A DNA stretch of 64,000 bases. It comes from an uncultured Flavobacteriales bacterium. GTDB lineage: Bacteria; Bacteroidota; Bacteroidia; Flavobacteriales; Schleiferiaceae. Where the stretch lies: contig CAWUSA010000005.1 in the NCBI GenBank assembly GCA_963925545.1, positions 22,472-86,471 of the forward strand, given 5' to 3'. This document shows, piece by piece, positions 24,083-32,901 of this stretch. The notes under the pieces are model-generated. The model was given only the letters and a program-made list of their open reading frames with translations, was not told the origin of the DNA and did not search any database. Each line of letters begins with the position of its first letter. Position 1 is the stretch's first letter. A program made the translations under genes and the position numbers.

Positions 24083-24840
24083 GTGGCATCCGGATAGGAC
24101 CGCGGCAAAGATTGCATCTCTGACAACAGTAGGGCAAGAAACTCGCCGTGAGAACCTTCTTTGCCTTGCCAGATGGCAGCATCTGCGGCAGGCCGATTCA
24201 AGGTCGCTTGCGAAATCAAGGTGTCCATGCGGCTATCCCATCTAGGCTTCAAGGCTGCCACGTCAGGACCAACACCTTGCGTCAATGCCCATGCGTCCGC
24301 CTTGGACGCTTGAAAGAATTCTGCGCTATATGTCATCAAGCCTTGTAGGCTATTCTGCACCTTGTCATGGCTCTCTTGGGTGCCATCACCTAAACGAATC
24401 AACCACTCACTGCTGAACTGCACATGGTAGTTCACCTCTTTAAGGGCTTTCACGGCGATGGCTGCGAGTCGCTGGTCAGATGAACGGGTCAGTGCTGTTA
24501 AATAATCCTGATGAAAAACATCATACAGGCATTGACGAACCAATGTGTCGCCCCAGTGGCCATTAGGTTGCTCCATCATGCTATGGTTGTGGAAATCACC
24601 CACGTCGCGCAGGTAGGCGATGTGATCTTCCGTCATGTCATCGCCAATCAGTTCAGCTGCGTATTGGTAATACTGCCGGGCCAGGCCAATCAAGTCTAAG
24701 GAGATGTTGCTCAGGGCAATGTCCTGTTCCAGTATGGGTCCGTGACCGCACCATTCAGACAGGCGATGACCTAGAACCAAAGCGTCGTCCCCTAACTGAA
24801 GAACATAGTTGGTTAAATCATCACATGTGTCCCACTTCAT
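24076..24840 (-). CDS. paaC: Phenylacetyl-CoA 1,2-epoxidase subunit C
   Basis: LTNYVLQLGDDALVLGHRLSEWCGHGP aligns with the E. coli PaaC N-terminus. Candidate starts are ATG 24840 (chosen) or 24852; both overlap the paaB 3' end. Confidence 0.85.
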   Translation of the reverse strand: MKWDTCDDLTNYVLQLGDDALVLGHRLSEWCGHGPILEQDIALSNISLDLIGLARQYYQYAAELIGDDMTEDHIAYLRDVGDFHNHSMMEQPNGHWGDTLVRQCLYDVFHQDYLTALTRSSDQRLAAIAVKALKEVNYHVQFSSEWLIRLGDGTQESHDKVQNSLQGLMTYSAEFFQASKADAWALTQGVGPDVAALKPRWDSRMDTLISQATLNRPAADAAIWQGKEGSHGEFLALLLSEMQSLPRSYPDATW

Positions 24841-25111
24841 CTGGAATGTCATAAAAGGTTGGGTGGCGGTAAACTTTGTCGTCTGCCGGTGTGAAAAGCA
24901 GGTCTTTTTCATCAGGTGACGATGCGGTGATAGCCTCGGAAGGCACAACCCATAGGCTCACACCCTCACTTCGTCGGGTGTAGACGTCTCTGGCGTTTTT
25001 CAATGCCATATCGGCGTCAGGAGCATGAAGGGAGCCAGCATGCTTGTGTGCTAGTCCATTTTTGCTTCGGACAAAGACCTCCCATAGGGGCCAGTTGCTG
25101 GTATCGCTCAT
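24821..25111 (-). CDS. paaB: Phenylacetyl-CoA 1,2-epoxidase subunit B
   Basis: 96 aa (..[20 protein letters not shown]...[10 protein letters not shown]). ATGA overlap with the paaA stop. Confidence 0.9.
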   Translation of the reverse strand: MSDTSNWPLWEVFVRSKNGLAHKHAGSLHAPDADMALKNARDVYTRRSEGVSLWVVPSEAITASSPDEKDLLFTPADDKVYRHPTFYDIPDEVGHM

Positions 25112-26061
25112 GAGGCTTGATTTACTGATTTTCTTGCGGCTTGTTTGGCGGCAAATGCGGTGGCGGCTTCTCTAACCCACTGTCCTTCATTATGGGCTTT
25201 GTTTCTGGCTATAAGCCTTTGCCTGTTGCAGGGGCCATCGCCTTGAATGACGCGGTAAAACTCATCCCAGTTGATCTCGCCATAGTCATAAGACTGCCTG
25301 GATTCATCCCATTTGAGGTCCTTGTCGGGAATGCTTAGATCCAAAAACTCTGCATGCACCACGGTTTTGTCAATAAACTCTTGACGAAGTTGATCATTGG
25401 ACTTTCGTTTGATGCGCCATTTCATGCTTTGCTCAGAATTGGGGCTGTTGTCATCTGTCGGGCCAAACATCATGATTGAGGGCCACCACCAACGGTTCAG
25501 CGCATCCTGCACCATAGCCTTCTGGTCCGATGTGCCGCGGGCGAGTTTCATGACAATTTCATAACCCTGGCGTTGGTGGAAGGACTCTTCTTTGCAAATA
25601 CGGACCATGGCTCGGCTGTAAGGGCCATAGGATGTCCGGCAAAGCATCACCTGGTTGGCAATGGCTGCGCCATCAACCAGCCAGCCAATAACGCCAATGT
25701 CTGCCCATGTCAGGCTAGGGTAGTTGAAAATACTCGAGTACTTGGCCTTGCCTGAGAGCAAGTCCCTTACCATGGTTTCCCGGCTTGTACCTAAGGTTTC
25801 CGCTGCGCTGTATAGGTAGAGGCCGTGGCCTCCTTCGTCCTGCACTTTGGCAATCAAGATCAGTTTAGCGCGCAAACTTGGCGCACGCGTGATCCAATTG
25901 GCCTCAGGCAGCATGCCCACAATTTCAGAGTGTGCGTGCTGAGAAATTTGACGAACCAAGGTCTTGCGGTACTTCTCAGGCATCCACTGCTTAGGTTCCA
26001 CCCTGTTTTCAGCAGCTACGTAGGAATCAAAGGTTGTTGTTAAGTCGACAGTGTTCGCCAT
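25108..26061 (-). CDS. paaA: Phenylacetyl-CoA 1,2-epoxidase catalytic subunit A (di-iron)
   Basis: 317 aa from ATG 26061. Ferritin-like di-iron oxygenase with motifs QHAHSEIVG and DEGGHG.Y. Confidence 0.9.
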   Translation of the reverse strand: MANTVDLTTTFDSYVAAENRVEPKQWMPEKYRKTLVRQISQHAHSEIVGMLPEANWITRAPSLRAKLILIAKVQDEGGHGLYLYSAAETLGTSRETMVRDLLSGKAKYSSIFNYPSLTWADIGVIGWLVDGAAIANQVMLCRTSYGPYSRAMVRICKEESFHQRQGYEIVMKLARGTSDQKAMVQDALNRWWWPSIMMFGPTDDNSPNSEQSMKWRIKRKSNDQLRQEFIDKTVVHAEFLDLSIPDKDLKWDESRQSYDYGEINWDEFYRVIQGDGPCNRQRLIARNKAHNEGQWVREAATAFAAKQAARKSVNQAS

Positions 26062-26073
26062 AAGTTCAATTAT

Positions 26074-26095
26074 ATGTCGCAATTTACCTCGACAT
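26074..26095. promoter_or_regulatory. Inverted repeat ATGTCG-N10-CGACAT in the paaA/paaE divergent region
   Basis: Perfect 6-bp arms at 26074-26079 and 26090-26095, starting 13 nt upstream of the paaA ATG. A further CGACA half-site lies at 26046-26050. Confidence 0.4.
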
Positions 26096-26122
26096 TCACC
26101 AACCTTCAATAAGAAATGTCAT

Positions 26123-26138
26123 GGTCGGGATTCCGACC
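26123..26138. promoter_or_regulatory. Palindrome GGTCGG-GATT-CCGACC abutting the paaE -7 box
   Basis: Perfect 6-bp arms with a 4-nt spacer. It ends 1 nt before TACTTTTG at 26140. Confidence 0.4.
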
Positions 26139-26139
26139 C

Positions 26140-26147
26140 TACTTTTG
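26140..26147 (+). promoter_or_regulatory. -7 promoter box TACTTTTG for paaE
   Basis: Matches TAnnTTTG. 27 nt separate the box from ATG 26175. Confidence 0.45.
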
Positions 26148-26174
26148 CTCCTGAATTAACCCATTTGGCATTTC

Positions 26175-27299
26175 ATGTTCAAGCGTTTCAATAAAACTTC
26201 TCAGGCCCCACAAGGCCGCCTTTGCACCTTGAAATCTCAAAAGGGACGCAAGGCCACGTTCCAAGCCCTCACGGTCACCAAGGTTATGAAGGAAACCGCT
26301 GATTGTGTGAGTATTGCGTTTGAAAGCCCTTCTGATTTCACCTTTGTGCCCGGGCAATACCTGACGCTCAAGGTTGACATTGACGGGGAATCTGTTAGGC
26401 GATCCTACTCCCTCTGTTCCCACGCTGTGAACGAGGATCTTTGTGTGGCTGTAAAGCGTGTGGAGGGTGGCAAGTTTTCTACATGGGCGCAAAACGTGCA
26501 AGTGGGAGACGTGATTGAGAGCATGCCCCCGATGGGCAGCTTTGTGTTAGAGCCTGGCAGCAAAAAGGCAAGGAACATCGTGTGCTTTGCCGCAGGATCA
26601 GGCATCACCCCCATGCTCAGCATCATTAAGACCACCTTGTCAGAAGAGCCAGACAGTTGCATCAGCCTTTTTTACGGCAACAAAAACAGCGGGTCCATCA
26701 TTTTCAAGTCAGCCCTTGAGGACCTCAAAGACGACTACATGGGCCGCCTTGAGGTGCGGCATGTTTTGAGCCGTGAAGACCAGGGAAGCGCCTTGCTTTA
26801 TGGAAGAATGGACAAGGCAAGGCTTGAGGAGATGACACAGTCCTTTCCTGACATAGCGAAGGCCGATGAGGCATTTATTTGCGGGCCAGAAAGCATGATT
26901 CATGCAGCCAGTGAGGTGTTGATTGCTGCGGGGCTCAAAAAGAAACAGGTTCACTTTGAGCTCTTCACCGCAGCCACGTCAACCGAAGAAAAAACGGCAA
27001 CAAAAGTAGAAAAGTCCAGCATTCAGCATGAGGTGACCGTCATCTTGGATGATGAAGAAACCCATGTATCACAAAGCGGCAAAATGGCCATTTTGGATGC
27101 GGCCCTCAAGGCGGGAGCTGACGTGCCGTTTGCCTGCAAGGGAGCTGTTTGTTGCACTTGCCGAGCCAAGGTTTTGGAGGGAACAGTCAACATGGACCTC
27201 AACTACTCTTTGACCGATGAGGAGGTGGCAGAAGGGTTTGTTCTGACCTGCCACAGCTTCCCAACCAGCGAGAAGGTGGTGGTTTCCTACGACGAATAA
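26175..27299 (+). CDS. paaE: Phenylacetyl-CoA 1,2-epoxidase reductase subunit (FNR-like domain + plant-type 2Fe-2S)
   Basis: TFQALTVTKV..ETADCVSIAF aligns with the E. coli PaaE N-terminus. Motifs RSYSLCS and AAGSGITPMLSI, and C-terminal CKGAVCCTCRAKV Cys cluster. Possibly 18 codons shorter if TTG 26229 is used. Confidence 0.9.
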   Translation: MFKRFNKTSQAPQGRLCTLKSQKGRKATFQALTVTKVMKETADCVSIAFESPSDFTFVPGQYLTLKVDIDGESVRRSYSLCSHAVNEDLCVAVKRVEGGKFSTWAQNVQVGDVIESMPPMGSFVLEPGSKKARNIVCFAAGSGITPMLSIIKTTLSEEPDSCISLFYGNKNSGSIIFKSALEDLKDDYMGRLEVRHVLSREDQGSALLYGRMDKARLEEMTQSFPDIAKADEAFICGPESMIHAASEVLIAAGLKKKQVHFELFTAATSTEEKTATKVEKSSIQHEVTVILDDEETHVSQSGKMAILDAALKAGADVPFACKGAVCCTCRAKVLEGTVNMDLNYSLTDEEVAEGFVLTCHSFPTSEKVVVSYDE

Positions 27300-27336
27300 C
27301 CAAGTACAACCATTGCCTTAAGCTTGTGGTGACTAA

Positions 27337-27798
27337 CTACGCTTCAGCGTTGCCTGCTTTGCGACGCATCCATCGATGGGGCAAGCCATCTTCCAAAAAG
27401 GGTTCGCGCTCAACAACGAAGCTAAAGGCTTCATAGAAATCCACCAGGTAGGTCTGTGCCATGATGACAATGTCGTGCTCAGGCCAAGCGAGCAGAGCGT
27501 GATCCAAGGCTTGCTGAAAGACTTGCTTCCCTAAGCTTTCGCCGCGCCTTGATGGTAGGGTGACCACGCGACCAATGCTGGCTTCATTCACGTGGAGTCC
27601 TGGGGGGATCATCCGAGAGTATGCAATCACTTCTCCTTGAGGGGTTTCTGTCCACACATGGTGCGAGCGCTGATCTAAGTCGTCCAAATCCAAGTAGGGA
27701 CAATCTTGCTCCACCACAAAAACAGCTGCGCGCAGCTTCAAAATTTCATAGAGCTCCTCCGTGTTGATGGCCTTGAAGGCCTTGCATTTCCATTCCAT
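27337..27798 (-). CDS. elaA: GNAT N-acetyltransferase, ElaA-like
   Basis: 153 aa from ATG 27798. LRAAVFVVEQDCPYLDLDDLD aligns with E. coli ElaA LRCAVFVVEQNCPYQDIDGDD. Confidence 0.8.
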   Translation of the reverse strand: MEWKCKAFKAINTEELYEILKLRAAVFVVEQDCPYLDLDDLDQRSHHVWTETPQGEVIAYSRMIPPGLHVNEASIGRVVTLPSRRGESLGKQVFQQALDHALLAWPEHDIVIMAQTYLVDFYEAFSFVVEREPFLEDGLPHRWMRRKAGNAEA

Positions 27799-27815
27799 AC
27801 TGTGGGGCAATGTCG

Positions 27816-27823
27816 TACTTTTG
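27816..27823 (+). promoter_or_regulatory. -7 promoter box TACTTTTG
   Basis: Matches TAnnTTTG. 28 nt separate the box from ATG 27852. Confidence 0.45.
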
Positions 27824-27851
27824 GGGCTTCATTCAAAACAAAAATTTCCCC

Positions 27852-28856
27852 ATGGCAAGCATGCTTCAACTCATCAAAGACTACCCGACCCATTTAGCCG
27901 ATTCATTGGCAAAGGTCCATCTGCTCAACTGGCAGGCTGGGACAACGGATATCCACCATGTGGTGATCACGGGGCTTGGCGGCAGTGGCATTGGTGGCTC
28001 TGTTGCGGCAGAAGTTTGTGCGGCATCGGCAACTGTGCCGATTGTGGTGAACAAGGGCTATGCATTGCCGGCATGGGTCAACGCCAACACCCATGTGATC
28101 GCATGCAGCTATTCAGGCAACACAGAAGAGACGCTGTCAGCCCTTGAAGACGCCACCAAGGCCGGTTGCATGGTCAGCGCCATCACAAGTGGCGGTCAGC
28201 TGCTGGCAAAGGCAGAGGCTGCAGGATGGAACCTCAGCGTGTTGCCCGCAGGCAACCCCCCTAGGTCCATGTTTGGTCTTGCCATTGTGCAGTTGATGGC
28301 CCACTTGGAGGCCATGAACATTGGGCTTGACTCAAGCTGGCAAACCCAAGTGTCAGACGCTTCAGTGGGATTGACACAGCGACGCGATGCGCAGATGGCT
28401 GAGGCTAAGGATTTAGCGATGCAAATGCAAGGCAGAACCTATGCCATTTATGCGGCCTCTGGTGTGGCAGGCGTGGCAACGCGATGGCGCCAGCAACTCA
28501 ATGAGAACAGCAAGATGCCTGGTTGGGACTCAGAGGTGCCGGAGATGAATCACAATGAGATGGTTGGATGGGCCGGCGGAAACGACAGCCATATTGCCAT
28601 CTTCCTGCACAGCAACAACGACCACCCGTCCAACACCTTGCGCATGAATTTGAATGCAGCCGCTATTGAGGCCTATGGTGTGCCGGTTTTGCATGTTCAC
28701 GCCTACGGTGAAGGCCACCTGGCACAGTGTCTGGATTTGGTTGCTATGGGAGACTGGGTCAGCCAGATCCTTAGCGAGGTAAACCAAGTAGATATCATGG
28801 ACATTGTGGTCATTGAAAAACTCAAGGCTGCATTGGCTGAAGCCGCAAAATCCTGA
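27852..28856 (+). CDS. SIS-domain bifunctional phosphoglucose/phosphomannose isomerase-like protein
   Basis: ATG at 27852 (MASMLQLIKDYP). SIS motif VVITGLGGSGIGG. About 334 aa, as for PGI/PMI family members. Confidence 0.75.
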   Translation: MASMLQLIKDYPTHLADSLAKVHLLNWQAGTTDIHHVVITGLGGSGIGGSVAAEVCAASATVPIVVNKGYALPAWVNANTHVIACSYSGNTEETLSALEDATKAGCMVSAITSGGQLLAKAEAAGWNLSVLPAGNPPRSMFGLAIVQLMAHLEAMNIGLDSSWQTQVSDASVGLTQRRDAQMAEAKDLAMQMQGRTYAIYAASGVAGVATRWRQQLNENSKMPGWDSEVPEMNHNEMVGWAGGNDSHIAIFLHSNNDHPSNTLRMNLNAAAIEAYGVPVLHVHAYGEGHLAQCLDLVAMGDWVSQILSEVNQVDIMDIVVIEKLKAALAEAAKS

Positions 28857-28857
28857 C

Positions 28858-29613
28858 ATGAAACGACCGCTGCGCTTTGTGGACATGGGCCTTGTGGATT
28901 ACCAGCGCGCCTGGGACGTCCAAGAGGCCATTTTCGCGGAGGTTGTGGCCACCAAAATGACCAATCGAAAACGGGATGAGGCCATGCAGTTGCCCACCCA
29001 AGACAGCCTGCTGTTTGTTGAGCACCCGCATGTTTACACCTTAGGGAAGTCTGGAGACATTGCCAACTTGCTACTTACTGAGGAGGAGCTTAAAACCAAG
29101 GGCATCGTCTACCATAAAATCAACCGTGGTGGCGACATCACCTACCATGGTCCCGGCCAACTCGTTGGCTACCCCATCCTGGACTTAGAACAGCATTTCA
29201 CGGATATCCATCGCTACCTCAGAACCCTGGAGGACGTCATCATTGCCACCCTGGCAGATTATGGGCTGAAAGGGGATCGAAGCCCTGGAGAGACCGGCGT
29301 CTGGTTGGATGTGGGAGGCCCTTTTGCTCGGAAGATTTGCGCTATGGGTGTGCGCGCCAGCCGATGGGTCACCATGCATGGATGGGCCTTCAATGTGAAC
29401 ACTGACCTACAGTACTTTGACTACATCGTCCCTTGTGGCATCAAAGGCAAGGGCGTGACCAGTTTGCACAGTGAATTGGGCCACGCAGTGGATGAAAACG
29501 AGGTCAAACAGAAGGTGGCAGCCCATTTCATTCAAGCATTTGGCATGGAGCTCAAACCAATGGCGCTCAAGAACATGCTGCAGCCTGAAAATTGGCTACC
29601 TTTTCAGGCATGA
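28858..29613 (+). CDS. lipB: Lipoyl(octanoyl) transferase
   Basis: ATG at 28858, 1 nt after the previous stop. Motifs EHPHVYTLG, RGGDITYHGPGQLVGYPI and the catalytic Cys in VPCGI. Confidence 0.9.
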   Translation: MKRPLRFVDMGLVDYQRAWDVQEAIFAEVVATKMTNRKRDEAMQLPTQDSLLFVEHPHVYTLGKSGDIANLLLTEEELKTKGIVYHKINRGGDITYHGPGQLVGYPILDLEQHFTDIHRYLRTLEDVIIATLADYGLKGDRSPGETGVWLDVGGPFARKICAMGVRASRWVTMHGWAFNVNTDLQYFDYIVPCGIKGKGVTSLHSELGHAVDENEVKQKVAAHFIQAFGMELKPMALKNMLQPENWLPFQA

Positions 29614-30779
29614 ATGCCATCGTGAAAAAACTTTTTGGAACCCTTGTCACTATAGGTTTGCTCTATGTCTTGATTCATGCGTCTTGGTACAATTACCTCT
29701 TCAAAGGGGTCTACGCAACCTACCTCCAAGGGCACACAACCGCCAATATTTTTGACGGGGAGTCCTTTGATCAGGGCATCATTCACGCCCCGCCCGTTGG
29801 CACGCCATGGCCGGAAGCTAAAAGCACGAAATGGGCACCACCTACTGAGATTCAACAAACCCTAGACGCCTATGAGACCGGCGCCTTTTTGGTCATTCAC
29901 AACGACAGCATCCGCCACGAAGATTATGGAAACAGGGTCTTGGTAAGCACCAAAACCAACAGCTTTTCCATGGCAAAATCCATCCTGACCATGATGGTTG
30001 AGATTGCCATTGAATCGGGTGATTTGCCGGGGTGGGACGCTTTAGCTATTGACTATGTGAAGGAGCTTCATGGTCCCGGCGCGTCACAGTTGACACTGGC
30101 CCATTTGACGGGAATGTTGGCAGACCTGGATTGGGATGAAGATTATTACAACCCTTTTGGCATCACGGCAAAGGCCTTGTATGGTCGGGATTTGCGCGCC
30201 ACCGTGACCCGCTGTGCCGTGGGCGACCAAGTGGGTCAGCGCTACGAATACCAGTCAGGCGCAACAGCGTTGTTGGGTTTTTGTTTGGAGGAAGCCACTG
30301 GCACGCCTTTGGCTGAATACGCCTCTGAGAAATTGTGGTTCCCTTTGGGTGCTGAAATGGATGCGTCATGGCACTTGGATGATGTGGGTGAGGCCATTTC
30401 TTTCTCCAGCTTCAATGCCACAGCCAGGGATTTTGCGCGCATTGGTCATTTGGTTTTGAACCAGGGCAATGCCTTTGGGGAGCAATTGATAGACAGTAGT
30501 TTTTTTGCCACAGCGACTGATCCGGGATTGGCACAATTTTATGGCTACTCTTTTTGGTTGGGCGACGCCCCATCACCGGACCCTTTGTCAAACGCCACCA
30601 GGCCCTTTGTTGCCCTTCGTGGCCACCTGGGCCAATGGATCATCACCTTCCCAGGCTTGGATTTGATCATTGTGCGAACGGGCCATGCAGAAGGCAAGGA
30701 GGTTGGTGAGGCCCTTCCTGCATCCTTCATGGCTGTGGCGTCAGCCTACGCGTGGATGCTGCCGGCAAACGGCCATTAA
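29610..30779 (+). CDS. Membrane-anchored serine hydrolase (beta-lactamase / PBP4*-like family)
   Basis: ATGA overlap with the lipB stop. N-terminal TM segment LFGTLVTIGLLYVLI. SxxK motif SMAK. Confidence 0.75.
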   Translation: MNAIVKKLFGTLVTIGLLYVLIHASWYNYLFKGVYATYLQGHTTANIFDGESFDQGIIHAPPVGTPWPEAKSTKWAPPTEIQQTLDAYETGAFLVIHNDSIRHEDYGNRVLVSTKTNSFSMAKSILTMMVEIAIESGDLPGWDALAIDYVKELHGPGASQLTLAHLTGMLADLDWDEDYYNPFGITAKALYGRDLRATVTRCAVGDQVGQRYEYQSGATALLGFCLEEATGTPLAEYASEKLWFPLGAEMDASWHLDDVGEAISFSSFNATARDFARIGHLVLNQGNAFGEQLIDSSFFATATDPGLAQFYGYSFWLGDAPSPDPLSNATRPFVALRGHLGQWIITFPGLDLIIVRTGHAEGKEVGEALPASFMAVASAYAWMLPANGH

Positions 30780-30780
30780 G

Positions 30781-32241
30781 ATGGCAGAGTTTCACATCCA
30801 AAGCATCCATGCCGGCGAACAATTGCTGGTCAATGACATCCGCTTAAGCTTCAAGCAAGGCGAGTGCTTGGCATTGGTGGGTGAGTCAGGATCAGGTAAA
30901 TCTTTGTCTGCGTTAGCCATGATGAACTTGTTGCCCGGCTCGCTAACGTCAAAGGCCGCATTCGTCCACGGTGAGCAACCGCGGATTGCCATGGTGTTTC
31001 AGGAGCCAATGTCTGCCCTGAACCCGTCCATGCGGGTGGGTCGACAGGTGGCAGAAGCAGCAGAGGTAAGCCTTGGCTTGAGCAGAAAGGCTGCCAATGA
31101 AAAGGCGTTGGTGTGGTTCAAGCACACGCAGATTGCGGACCCAGAACAATCATTCAAAAAGTACCCCCATCAAATGAGTGGCGGGCAGCGTCAACGGGTC
31201 ATGATAGCTATGGCTATGGTGATGGATCCTGACATCGTGATTGCAGATGAGCCGACCACGGCCTTGGACGCCTCCGTCGCCGCAGACATTTTGTCCTTGA
31301 TCCGACAGCTTCAAAAGCAGGAAGGCATGGCCATGCTGCTCATTAGCCATGACCTGTCAGAGGTGTCTAGGGTGGCTGATCATGTGATGGTGATGCGTCA
31401 GGGTCAACTCATGGAGTCCGGCCCGACCCAGCAAGTCTTGAACCACCCAACATCTCCATACACTCAAGGCTTGATTGCATCCAGGCCCCCAGAAGGTCGG
31501 CGCCCTAAGCGTTTACCAACGGTTGAGGACTTCATGCAAAACAGGCCGGTTGATGACAGTGAAAGACCCGCCAGTCAATTGGGTCCCGTCTTGCTTGAAA
31601 TTAGGCATTTAAGCAAGGCTTATGCGGGGCAGTCTGTGATCAAGGACCTCAGTCTTGTCATCCATGAAGGAGAAACCCTAGGCCTGGTGGGCGCCTCTGG
31701 TTCAGGTAAATCAACCATTGCCAAGTGTTTGGTGAACCTGGCTCAGCCAGACGCGGGTGAAATCCGCTACCGCGGCGAGCGCATCGATCAACTCCATGGC
31801 GCCAAGCGCAAGGCGTTGGCCCGAGATATTCAGTACATTTTTCAAGACCCCTTTGCCTCCCTTTCGCCACGAATGACCATCGGTGATGCCGTCACTGAGC
31901 CTATGGTTGTGCATGGTTTGCACAGCAACTCAGTGGGTAGGAAACAAGCCATGGAGGATCTGTTAACGTCTGTGGGTTTTGAGGCGGCGGACGCAAACAA
32001 GTACCCTCACGAGTTCTCTGGCGGACAGCGCCAACGGATAGGTATTGCCAGGGCCCTAGCGGTTGAGCCTAAGTTGGTGATCTGTGATGAGTCGGTGGCT
32101 GCTTTGGATGTCAGCATTCAGGCACAAGTGCTGAACCTTTTGAACGACCTGAAGGAGCGGCATGGTTTCAGTTACCTCTTCATCAGTCACGATGAATTGG
32201 TGGTTGATTACATGAGTGACGCTGTTCTTGTTTTAGACTAA
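30781..32241 (+). CDS. ABC transporter ATPase with two fused nucleotide-binding domains (Dpp/Opp D-F type)
   Basis: ATG at 30781, 1 nt after the previous stop. Walker A GESGSGKS and GASGSGKS; signatures MSGGQRQR and FSGGQRQR. No permease or binding-protein gene is adjacent. Confidence 0.88.
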   Translation: MAEFHIQSIHAGEQLLVNDIRLSFKQGECLALVGESGSGKSLSALAMMNLLPGSLTSKAAFVHGEQPRIAMVFQEPMSALNPSMRVGRQVAEAAEVSLGLSRKAANEKALVWFKHTQIADPEQSFKKYPHQMSGGQRQRVMIAMAMVMDPDIVIADEPTTALDASVAADILSLIRQLQKQEGMAMLLISHDLSEVSRVADHVMVMRQGQLMESGPTQQVLNHPTSPYTQGLIASRPPEGRRPKRLPTVEDFMQNRPVDDSERPASQLGPVLLEIRHLSKAYAGQSVIKDLSLVIHEGETLGLVGASGSGKSTIAKCLVNLAQPDAGEIRYRGERIDQLHGAKRKALARDIQYIFQDPFASLSPRMTIGDAVTEPMVVHGLHSNSVGRKQAMEDLLTSVGFEAADANKYPHEFSGGQRQRIGIARALAVEPKLVICDESVAALDVSIQAQVLNLLNDLKERHGFSYLFISHDELVVDYMSDAVLVLD

Positions 32242-32254
32242 AAACGGGAAAAAT

Positions 32255-32286
32255 AACCCATTTTAATCAGTTTTTATGGGTTTTTA
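32255..32286 (+). terminator. Terminator-like hairpin after the ABC ATPase gene
   Basis: AACCCAT-N14-ATGGGTT followed by TTTTA. A second small hairpin GCCAT-TTTT-ATGGC lies at 32287-32300. Both sit in the AT-rich convergent gap. Confidence 0.4.
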
Positions 32287-32362
32287 GCCATTTTTATGGC
32301 ATTTTATCGCTATTTGTAAAAACTCATTGCGGGCGAAAAACAGACCTGATGGTCGTGTTTGA

Positions 32363-32872
32363 CTAACAAATAAATGGCGGGTATTTGAAGGGGTAGTCAG
32401 TCAAGTCCGATCCAGACAGCCTGCAAGGGTACCAGTCTTTAAGTATTTCTGACCCCATCGATTCGTAGAATTTAATCGCCGGCGTGTTCCAGTCTAAAAC
32501 CTCCCAATGCAGTCGCTGTGCATCGATGGACCGAGCCCACTGAACGGTTGCCTCCATTAAGCGGCCGCCTATCCCCCGACCTCTTAAGGGAGCTCTAACA
32601 ATCAGGTCTTCCAAGTGAGCAGTCAACCCTTTCCATGTTGAATACCGTTCATAACAAAGAGCCATGCCGTAAACTTCATTTGAAGCGTCTGAAACAGCAA
32701 GCATGCAAACGAATTTTTTCAATTCCCAATCTTTTGTGAGCTGATCGATCGTCACAGAAACCTGTTCTGGTGCTTTTTCGAACAGCGCCAACTCATGAAT
32801 GAGCGACAAAACAGCTGGCATGTCTGATTTTTCAGACCAGCGAACCGAAATACCTTCTATTTGATCCTTCAT
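32363..32872 (-). CDS. GNAT family N-acetyltransferase
   Basis: 169 aa. Acetyl-CoA-binding motif LRGRGIGGRLME. Confidence 0.8.
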   Translation of the reverse strand: MKDQIEGISVRWSEKSDMPAVLSLIHELALFEKAPEQVSVTIDQLTKDWELKKFVCMLAVSDASNEVYGMALCYERYSTWKGLTAHLEDLIVRAPLRGRGIGGRLMEATVQWARSIDAQRLHWEVLDWNTPAIKFYESMGSEILKDWYPCRLSGSDLTDYPFKYPPFIC

Positions 32873-32901
32873 GCTGCTAAAGTAATGACCACGAGTCCGC
32901 T

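Noticed and set aside
32255-32306. CRISPR-like or iteron-like direct repeats (TTTTTATGG twice, 20 nt apart; CATTTTA twice).
   Set aside because: There are only two short copies in a low-complexity AT-rich gap between convergent genes. They are better explained as terminator hairpins. No cas genes are present and there is no regular array.
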